DNA from: a virus
Reading direction: 5' to 3' (one strand)
Virus record (IMG/VR): IMGVR_UViG_3300027749_000040
Coordinates: 1-64,000 of that record
DNA length: 64,000 nt
Shown one piece after another: positions 1 to 7,225 of this stretch; the first letter of the stretch is position 1, and each line of letters opens with the position of its first letter. A program made the position numbers and the translations under genes. The notes below the pieces were generated by a model. That model was not told the DNA's origin. It saw only the letters and a program-made list of their open reading frames with translations, and did no database searches.

Positions 1-1027
1 CAAGTATTCCACTATTACCAGAAAAACTAGTTATATAAATCCACGCTTCTATTGTAAAATCACCAGTACCTAAATTTAGGGCAGCATTATTGGCCACACT
101 CAAATAATCTCCTGTGCCATCAAAGTATCCTGACCCACCAATTGTGCTACTACTATAGGCAGCTGAGGGTTCGAATGGACTGAAACGTTGAACTGAAGTA
201 TCACCGTTCTTGGTGATAGCAAATGCATTTGTCGAGTTGTCAATAAATCTGTTGCTTTGGCAGGTCAACAAACTTGTGTTGGTGATTGCTGTTAGTGGTG
301 TGGTACTTGGTGTGAAATTACCGGTGTAAACTACGGTTCCCTTAACTATACGCAGATTGCTCATGTACCCTTTTACAGCACCACTTCCATCATTATCCGC
401 ACCAATTTTTAAAGTAGCACCTGAGTTTGAATTTCCTGTTGCATGTACTGTTCCTGTAGTGCCGACGCCATTTACATACACTGTCGCTGAAGTGCCAGTT
501 CTAGTTGCGGCAATATGATTCCACGTATTAGCAACACACACAGCAGAACTTAATACTAGTGCTTGGTTGGTTCCATTAAAAATACCAAGTCGTGCCGCGC
601 CTGTATCTGTTAGTACAAGCATGTAATCGTATTGAGAATTAGATACAACACCAGTACTATATACTACAGAATATTGATATGCACCTGTTGGCACATAGTA
701 GACCCAATATTCAATTGTAAAATCTGCTGTTGATAAATTCAATGCGGCATTATTGGGCACAGTCAAATAATCCCCAGTACCATCAAAGTAGTTACTCCAA
801 TTACTTCCATATGGACTAAATGTACCTTGAGTGGTATTGCCGTGACGAGTGATGGCAAAGTTATTTGTACTACCATCTAAAAATGTATTATTCTGTGCAA
901 GATTTGTTCCATTACCCGGTAACAACAATGAGTTGTACATGAAATATGGGTCGTTTGCGGCAGCTCCCGAAGGTGCAAACGTCAATCCACCACTAAATGT
1001 TATTCCACCTGTTACTGTTACTGTCAT
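1..1027 (-). CDS. LamG/concanavalin-A-like lectin domain virion protein (runs off the left window edge)
   Basis: Not in the ORF track. Manual translation from ATG 1027 gives MTVTVTGGITFSGGLTFAPSGAAANDPYFMYNSLLLPGNG...FSPYGSNWSNYFDGTGDYL...DFTIEYWVY..., with a second repeat GYFDGTGDYL...FTIEAWIY. AAGGA SD and a late box lie upstream. Confidence 0.8.
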   Translation of the reverse strand, partial: MTVTVTGGITFSGGLTFAPSGAAANDPYFMYNSLLLPGNGTNLAQNNTFLDGSTNNFAITRHGNTTQGTFSPYGSNWSNYFDGTGDYLTVPNNAALNLSTADFTIEYWVYYVPTGAYQYSVVYSTGVVSNSQYDYMLVLTDTGAARLGIFNGTNQALVLSSAVCVANTWNHIAATRTGTSATVYVNGVGTTGTVHATGNSNSGATLKIGADNDGSGAVKGYMSNLRIVKGTVVYTGNFTPSTTPLTAITNTSLLTCQSNRFIDNSTNAFAITKNGDTSVQRFSPFEPSAAYSSSTIGGSGYFDGTGDYLSVANNAALNLGTGDFTIEAWIYITSFSGNSGIL

Positions 1028-1045
1028 ATAAGTAATCCTTTATTT

Positions 1046-1053
1046 TATTTATC
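1046..1053 (-). promoter_or_regulatory. T4-like late promoter box (GATAAATA)
   Basis: Matches the TAAATA core repeated before structural genes; ~20 nt upstream of the LamG ATG. Confidence 0.65.
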
Positions 1054-1060
1054 TAGCCAA

Positions 1061-1124
1061 CAAAAAAGCACTACGAATAGTGCTTGATTGTAACTTCCCA
1101 TCCCTTTGAGATATTGTATTTATG
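1061..1124 (-). ncRNA. Candidate ~50-nt late small RNA (late box, GGA hairpin, terminator)
   Basis: CATAAATA at 1124-1117, then TCTCA-AAGGGA-TGGGA hairpin, then terminator, with no meaningful ORF. Confidence 0.35.
1062..1085 (-). terminator. Rho-independent terminator
   Basis: Minus strand AAGCACTA-TTCG-TAGTGCTT-TTTT: stem, UUCG loop, U tract. Confidence 0.75.
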
Positions 1125-1169
1125 CTATCTTACGCTTTTTGCCACCAAGTTGCCAACCATCCCTTAAAC

Positions 1170-1195
1170 AAAAAAGGGCACTTTCGTGCCCCTTT
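1170..1195 (-). terminator. Rho-independent terminator after the major capsid gene
   Basis: Minus strand GGGCAC-GAAA-GTGCCC-TTTTTT, ~40 nt after the gp23 stop. Confidence 0.85.
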
Positions 1196-1236
1196 GTGTT
1201 GATAATATCAGTAAAGATATTAAAGTGTGGTGAATT

Positions 1237-2433
1237 TCACTGGAAGGTGAGATTTTGTACGGCAATTTCACCAACGTAGTCCGCGGCATTCCCGAATGAA
1301 CTTGCGGTGTTGGTTAATTCAATGTATCCGTAACGTGTCATAAATGATACGACTGGTTCGAATGTTGATGGATCTAGAACAACTCCACTGCTCATCAATG
1401 GAATGTATGGGCAATAGAATGCTGCCGCGTCAGTTTCGCTTGAACCTTTATAACCAACCAATACTGGAATAGTATCAGCGGCATAACTGTCAACGAACAC
1501 ACGCATAGCGCCGTTCAATGTACCAACGAACTTGGTGTTAGTTGGAGCTTCAAAAGTACCTTCTGTTGTACGTGCAAAAGCACTAGTAGTTGCAGATTGC
1601 AATACTGTCAATGCCGCACTTGATACAACAGCCCAGTTACCTGCGCCACGACGTGTACGTTGGGCGATCAAGTTAGCAACACGGTTGATTAGAACAGCTA
1701 AGGCAGCGTGTTCGTCACCAACATAAGTAGCTGTACCTGATACAGTAGCTTGGTTGTATGTGTACTCAGTTGTAGCTAAAGTACGTAGACTCAATAGAAT
1801 CTCTTGGTCAATCTCAGCAGTAATTTCTTGTGCTAATGCTGCCATGATTTCTGCTTCAACGTCAATACCATGTTGGCTTTGAGCGTCTTGAGCCGCTTCG
1901 AATGTCCAACGTGCTTGCAACTTACGTGACTTAGCTTCAACAGCTTGACGCAAGATTTGAACAGAAATCTGACGACCTCCGTTACCTTCAAGAGCCGCAG
2001 TGTTGTTACCTGTGTAACCTGTTGCAGTTGCATCGTTAGATGGCTGACGTGAATATGCCTGAGCAATAGTGAATGGGCTTAAAGCTTCTTGACCAGCAGT
2101 AACGCTAGTATTAGCTAAAGATTGGTCCACTAAGTTTTGTGCATAGCGTACACGTAGTGTATGAATCTGACCCACTGGGCCAGTCATTGGCTGAACGCCA
2201 ACCAACTCGTTAGCGATAACAGTTGGCATAACACGACGGATAACTGGAAGAATCACACGGTTTAATGTAGCGATGTTACCAGCTGTAGTTGTTCCTGCTG
2301 TAGATTCAGCAAGTAGTTGTTTCTTAGTATTTTCTAAGATAACACCCATAGTTGAGCGGCGAGTGCCTTTTAAGCCTTCCAACAGAGCTTCTTTGGTCTC
2401 GTCCCAACGGCTTTCTAATAGAACTTTTGACAT
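1237..2433 (-). CDS. gp23: Major capsid protein (T4 gp23-like)
   Basis: Motifs GVQPMTGPVGQI, KSRKLQARWTFEAAQD..HGIDVEAE..EITAEIDQE, FYCPYIPL, F.P...FMTRYG; downstream of scaffold and protease. Confidence 0.96.
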   Translation of the reverse strand: MSKVLLESRWDETKEALLEGLKGTRRSTMGVILENTKKQLLAESTAGTTTAGNIATLNRVILPVIRRVMPTVIANELVGVQPMTGPVGQIHTLRVRYAQNLVDQSLANTSVTAGQEALSPFTIAQAYSRQPSNDATATGYTGNNTAALEGNGGRQISVQILRQAVEAKSRKLQARWTFEAAQDAQSQHGIDVEAEIMAALAQEITAEIDQEILLSLRTLATTEYTYNQATVSGTATYVGDEHAALAVLINRVANLIAQRTRRGAGNWAVVSSAALTVLQSATTSAFARTTEGTFEAPTNTKFVGTLNGAMRVFVDSYAADTIPVLVGYKGSSETDAAAFYCPYIPLMSSGVVLDPSTFEPVVSFMTRYGYIELTNTASSFGNAADYVGEIAVQNLTFQ

Positions 2434-2462
2434 TTATATTTCTCCTAAATTATGTCTTTGAT

Positions 2463-3563
2463 TTAAAGCCCTGCCAGACGCTTGAGATCGATAACATTAT
2501 TATTGTGTTCGATTTCAATTTCTTGTTTGGCAGCTTTATCACCAGTTACTTCTGAAATTCTTGCTTCTGTTAGTGAGGCTTTTTGAGCCTTTTTATCAGT
2601 GCCAGTATTCAGTACTGCTGGTAGATACTTGTCGAAAGTAGCTTGCAGTTTACCTGTTTGCACACCTTCTAGTAAGCTCTGCATTGTCGTTGCTTTTTCC
2701 TCATTTAATGATCCAAGCAAGTCACCCATCAATTTTTCACGTTGATTAGATTCTTTGATAATGCGAACTTCACGTTCTTTTGACTCTACTAATTTCTTAG
2801 TGTTGTCGATTTCTTTTTGTGATTCGGCTAATTGTGTTTCTTTATTAGCTAATGCTTGCATTAGCTTACGTGTTTCTTGTTTCTCACTTAGGTGAGTAAC
2901 ACTGAATTCACTTGCGAAACTTTCAAAGATACGGCGACCAAAGTTATTTTCTTTAGCTACTTTAATATCTTCTTTCAATTGGCTCATTTCACCCTTTAAC
3001 TGTCCTGCTACAGCGATAGACAATTTTTTAGCAGATTCGGTCACGAAACGTGCCTTCAATGCTTCTAATTGTTTACGACCTTCTGCAACTAACTTAACCT
3101 TAGCTTCAACAACTGCTTGTTTGTCTTGTGCGAATTCTTTAATTTCGCGGGCTAGTGCATGAACAATAAATTGTTCTAGCTTTTGCTGACTTTCTTTAGC
3201 AACTATACGGTCACTACGCAATTCTTTAATTTCTTCGGCTAGTTTAGTAACCATAAAGTTATTGAATTTTGTTGCTGATTCATGTAGTTTTTGTTGTGCT
3301 TTTACACGGTCTTCGTTCATTGCTTGCTTCTCAGAACGAAATTCTTCAATTTCTTCTGATAAGCTGTCTGTAACCATCTTGTCAAGGGCTTCAACCATCA
3401 CGATTCTGTCATGTTCATAACGTTGTGCAAATTCTTCATGTAATTCTGCACGAACTTGTTGGCGAGCTTCATTCAATTTTAATTCCCATGCTTCATTTAA
3501 CTGAGCACCGACTTCATCATTGATAAGTCCACTTTCAAGTAATGGCTTGATAGCATCAAACAT
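2463..3563 (-). CDS. gp22: Prohead scaffold/core protein (gp22-like)
   Basis: Long Glu/Lys-rich coiled coil between protease and capsid genes; GRRIFESF..EF motif; T4 synteny. Confidence 0.75.
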   Translation of the reverse strand: MFDAIKPLLESGLINDEVGAQLNEAWELKLNEARQQVRAELHEEFAQRYEHDRIVMVEALDKMVTDSLSEEIEEFRSEKQAMNEDRVKAQQKLHESATKFNNFMVTKLAEEIKELRSDRIVAKESQQKLEQFIVHALAREIKEFAQDKQAVVEAKVKLVAEGRKQLEALKARFVTESAKKLSIAVAGQLKGEMSQLKEDIKVAKENNFGRRIFESFASEFSVTHLSEKQETRKLMQALANKETQLAESQKEIDNTKKLVESKEREVRIIKESNQREKLMGDLLGSLNEEKATTMQSLLEGVQTGKLQATFDKYLPAVLNTGTDKKAQKASLTEARISEVTGDKAAKQEIEIEHNNNVIDLKRLAGL

Positions 3564-3575
3564 GCTGTTTCCCCT

Positions 3576-4211
3576 TTATTTGATTTTGAGATCCTTGATG
3601 AGGCGCATTACTTCCTCCTTCAAGTACTTCTCTACTTTTTTATTGCCTTGTGCGTCTTTTGCAATATCCAACAATCTATGACCATGTTTCATATTCATCA
3701 TGCCTTCATAAATTGCCTTAGGATACGCATTGGGTGCGCTTGGTTGGGCAACAATATCCACAGTGACTATTTCAAAGTCACTCACTTTGCCATCATAGTC
3801 ATTCACGTTTCCGCTACCACGACTAGACACGCCTAGTTTCACACCCGAATCCAACATAGTAGCAACTAGTTGCCCCATTGGAGTCGGTAAAATCTTTAAT
3901 TTACCAAAGCCATTAGCGCCATCCATCCACATGCTTGTAATCATATGTGATACACGGTCTAAATTAATCTTTAAATCATCTGGATGGTCAACTTCGCCTA
4001 ATACGGAATGACCTTCTGCAATTTGTTCGTTTAGGGTTTGTACAGCAGTTTCAATTTCGGAAACAGGGTAAACACGCTCATTAGCGTTCTTTACCCCGCC
4101 CTGGATAAAAATCCCCTTCATATAAAGGGACTTTTTGCTACCTTCACCTTCACTCTCAACCACCATACCTGCACGGTCAAATGAAAGGTGTTCTTTAAGA
4201 TACAAAGCCAT
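3576..4211 (-). CDS. gp21: Prohead core protease (T4 gp21-like)
   Basis: GIFIQ..KNANERVYP, LGEVDHP, SHMI, GVSSRGSG, DIVAQPSAPNA. ATG 4211 preferred over TTG 4220. Confidence 0.95.
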   Translation of the reverse strand: MALYLKEHLSFDRAGMVVESEGEGSKKSLYMKGIFIQGGVKNANERVYPVSEIETAVQTLNEQIAEGHSVLGEVDHPDDLKINLDRVSHMITSMWMDGANGFGKLKILPTPMGQLVATMLDSGVKLGVSSRGSGNVNDYDGKVSDFEIVTVDIVAQPSAPNAYPKAIYEGMMNMKHGHRLLDIAKDAQGNKKVEKYLKEEVMRLIKDLKIK

Positions 4212-4225
4212 TGCTCTCAAATTCC

Positions 4226-5053
4226 TTAAATACGTCTTTTAGTAGGAGTTCTACGTGACTCTGCTACTGGGCTACGAACTTTACCTGCTTCGTCTTTAGT
4301 GACTGGCTTTGGTGCTGATTCTAAGTCTGCATTATTCTGTGCTGGACTATTCTTAAATGATCCTGCACCTTTAACAGATGCTTCACCTTTTGCATATGCA
4401 TTGCTTGGGCCTTTTGGTCCTGTTGGAACTGCTTCGCTAGCACCACTAAACTTAACTGGTCTGCTATCCATTCCAGCTTGACCGCTGTTTGCTAAACTTG
4501 TACTCTTTGTTTGAACACCATTATCGCCGTGTGTAACAGAAATTTTCTTTAATGTGATAGCTTCCATCATTGCATCTTCGTCATCATGACCTTGTTCCAT
4601 GTCATGTGTTAAGTCTGCACCGGCTTCTTCAGCACCGTCATCAAACTCAGCATCAGATTCAGCATCATCACCTGCCATGATATCTTCAAACTCAGCCATC
4701 AATTGGTCTAACTTATCTTCTAGGTCAACTACGCGGTCTTCTAGACCTTCTTCGCCCATTTCGTCACCATATTCATCGTCTTCACCGTCTTCGATATCTA
4801 GTACTTCGTCTTCGTCAGAATCAAAATCTAAATCGTCATCTTCAGCTTCGGACATACCTTGTTCTTCAACATCGATCTCGTCCAGTAGATCACCTACTTG
4901 ACCGCCCATGCCTTCGCCCATTTCTTCATCCATCATAGATTCATAAATCTCGCGGGATTTTTCAACTACGATATCGTGAAATAATGCACGTGCTTGTTCT
5001 TCATTCTCATTGATAATCAAATCAATAAGCGTTTCAAATTTTTTGTTATCCAT
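4226..5053 (-). CDS. Highly acidic prohead core/internal protein (gp67/68 position)
   Basis: Asp/Glu-rich centre with a basic C-terminus; lies between portal and protease; own late box and GGAG SD. Confidence 0.6.
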   Translation of the reverse strand: MDNKKFETLIDLIINENEEQARALFHDIVVEKSREIYESMMDEEMGEGMGGQVGDLLDEIDVEEQGMSEAEDDDLDFDSDEDEVLDIEDGEDDEYGDEMGEEGLEDRVVDLEDKLDQLMAEFEDIMAGDDAESDAEFDDGAEEAGADLTHDMEQGHDDEDAMMEAITLKKISVTHGDNGVQTKSTSLANSGQAGMDSRPVKFSGASEAVPTGPKGPSNAYAKGEASVKGAGSFKNSPAQNNADLESAPKPVTKDEAGKVRSPVAESRRTPTKRRI

Positions 5054-5087
5054 TGTTGTCTCCTGAATGTAAATGGCTTTGTAGAGT

Positions 5088-5095
5088 TATTTAGT
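5088..5095 (-). promoter_or_regulatory. Late promoter box (ACTAAATA) for the core-protease-scaffold-capsid transcript
   Basis: TAAATA core just downstream of a terminator and ~35 nt before ATG 5053. Confidence 0.65.
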
Positions 5096-5104
5096 GTGTA
5101 TCAT

Positions 5105-5134
5105 AAAAAAGAGCACAATATAGTGCTCTTTTTT
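5105..5134. terminator. Bidirectional Rho-independent terminator
   Basis: AAAAAA-GAGCAC-AATATA-GTGCTC-TTTTTT. Confidence 0.8.
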
Positions 5135-5164
5135 GCGTTTTTATCTAAGATAACTAGTACTTAC

Positions 5165-5392
5165 TTAAACAGTTGGTGTTGCACCTTCTGCTTTAGGTCC
5201 ATACTGTTGATGAACCTTCTTTAAGTAATTAACTTTTTCATAATTTCTTACATCATTCATTTTACGTAATTTACGAATCTGCTTTAATGTAAGTTTTGTT
5301 TTTCGACTTTCACGCCATTCAGGCTTAGAGTTATCAGCATTTACATCCTGATACTCAGCTGGAGCTTTGTCAAACATTTCAAACAATTTCAT
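5165..5392 (-). CDS. Small basic head-module protein (hypothetical)
   Basis: 75 aa with RKTKLTLKQIRKLRKMNDVR; late box GATAAATA (5405-5398) lies 5 nt before the ATG. Confidence 0.7.
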   Translation of the reverse strand: MKLFEMFDKAPAEYQDVNADNSKPEWRESRKTKLTLKQIRKLRKMNDVRNYEKVNYLKKVHQQYGPKAEGATPTV

Positions 5393-5408
5393 TTAATTAT
5401 TTATCTAA

Positions 5409-7196
5409 TTACATTCCATTACCACCGGGAGCAGGGGTACTCATTCCTGCTTCAGCCGGTTGCGGTACTTGTGATGCCGCAATGTCTTCTCCGCTAGCCG
5501 GATCTTGTGCACCTAATTCAGCTTCTTCACCGGTTTGAACGTCAGTCTCAATATCTCCTGAACTGATACCAATACTACGCAAATCTTTTCCTTCTGGATT
5601 AATTTCAATCTCTTTATCATTTTCCTCACGCCACATTCTTTCATTTTTGTTGATTTCTTCTTCGCTAAGACCCAAGAAACGTTCTAACATAAAGCGTTTT
5701 GACATATATGGATACTGTTCAACTGACGTAAATGTAGCCACACGTGCTGTATCTAACTCAGTTTGACGATAAGCCGCAAAGTTTTGTGGTGGATTAAACT
5801 CTAATTCAAATAATCCAGAATCAATATTCAATCCTCTCCAACGTAAGAATAGTTTAAATTCTTCGTCAAGTTTACGACAGACATAGTTCTGTAATCGTTC
5901 GCAATATTGATTGAAACGGAACTCTTGAATCATAGCCGTACCAACACGACCGTCGCTTAATGGGGTTGTATTATCATCCGGACCAGTTGGCAAATATGAA
6001 CTCGGAACACGTAGACCACGTGCTAGTCGATTATTAAAGTATTTCAAGTCATCAATCTCACCCAAATTCTGTCCACCGGGTAGTAAGTCAACACTCGAAC
6101 CACGTCCATCAGCAGTAACCGGAAAGAAATAATCTTCGTTCATTGACAAGGGATTATATGTAGCATCAACAATTGCTTGCCCTCCGTACATACTTGGAAT
6201 TCTACGCTGATGAATTTCATTCTTAATGCGCTCAACAAATGCCATAGCCATATGACTTGGCATGTTACCAACGTCAATCTTGAACACTCTACGTTCCGGA
6301 GCACGTTGTACACGATAGATTAATACCGCATCTTCTAATAATTCTTTTTGCTTATAAACTTTAAAAATGTTCTCTAAAATACTCTGACCAAAAGGCCAAA
6401 ATCTATCTAAGCCCTCAGTTAAACTCATATGAACCACGTGCTTAGAATCAATAGCGGCTTCATTAAAGCCCAATGTAAAGCGCGATCCTGTTGTGTTACT
6501 TCCACTTGGCACCGTGTAGCCACCACCTGCACCAGAACCTCCACCTGTGCCACCCATTCCAGTTGCAGGATTAGCGGCAAAGTCTGTATTTGTTTTTTGT
6601 GCTACAGTTAAGTTTTCTAAGTTAATGTTTAAATCTTTAACAACATATTGTTCAGGCTTTTTACCTTCACTTTCGTTAACAATAACTTTAATAACTTTAA
6701 TCATATCTACCCAATATAATTTAAAGTTCTCTGGATCACGTACAAAAACTTGATCTCCGTACTTTAAACAGTTTCTAAATATTTTAAAAATACGTGTTTC
6801 AAATTCGTTTAACTTACACCACTGTTGTAGTTGAGTTTTTAATAATTCAATCTCATGAGGAGTTGGATCATCTTTGAAATTTAAGTTGAATGGAGTCTTA
6901 TTATGTTCATTTTTCTGTGTACTGAATTCAGCTATAATATCTAGACATGCGTTAATTTCAGCATCCACGTCCATCATTTCATACTGATTGTAACGTTCAA
7001 TACGGTTTGGGTGACCTGTGTAAACTTCTGGAAGTCTGCTACGATAGTTCTTGTAACCAAAATCATCGTTAGTATAACCATTAGGTGTATTACCTTGACC
7101 AGCATTACTGTTCCATGAACCGGATAAATTTCCACCACCAAGTGGGCTCATTGTTCCTGCTTGGTTAACTCTGGTGAAATGTTTCTTATATGTCAT
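5409..7196 (-). CDS. gp20: Portal vertex protein (T4 gp20-like)
   Basis: LEDAVLIYRVQRAPERRVFKIDVGNMP, EDYFFP, LPGGQNLGEIDDLKYF, L.VPSS; late box at 7224-7217. Confidence 0.96.
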   Translation of the reverse strand: MTYKKHFTRVNQAGTMSPLGGGNLSGSWNSNAGQGNTPNGYTNDDFGYKNYRSRLPEVYTGHPNRIERYNQYEMMDVDAEINACLDIIAEFSTQKNEHNKTPFNLNFKDDPTPHEIELLKTQLQQWCKLNEFETRIFKIFRNCLKYGDQVFVRDPENFKLYWVDMIKVIKVIVNESEGKKPEQYVVKDLNINLENLTVAQKTNTDFAANPATGMGGTGGGSGAGGGYTVPSGSNTTGSRFTLGFNEAAIDSKHVVHMSLTEGLDRFWPFGQSILENIFKVYKQKELLEDAVLIYRVQRAPERRVFKIDVGNMPSHMAMAFVERIKNEIHQRRIPSMYGGQAIVDATYNPLSMNEDYFFPVTADGRGSSVDLLPGGQNLGEIDDLKYFNNRLARGLRVPSSYLPTGPDDNTTPLSDGRVGTAMIQEFRFNQYCERLQNYVCRKLDEEFKLFLRWRGLNIDSGLFELEFNPPQNFAAYRQTELDTARVATFTSVEQYPYMSKRFMLERFLGLSEEEINKNERMWREENDKEIEINPEGKDLRSIGISSGDIETDVQTGEEAELGAQDPASGEDIAASQVPQPAEAGMSTPAPGGNGM

Positions 7197-7225
7197 ATTA
7201 ATTAGGGCCTATTCTATATTTATCG

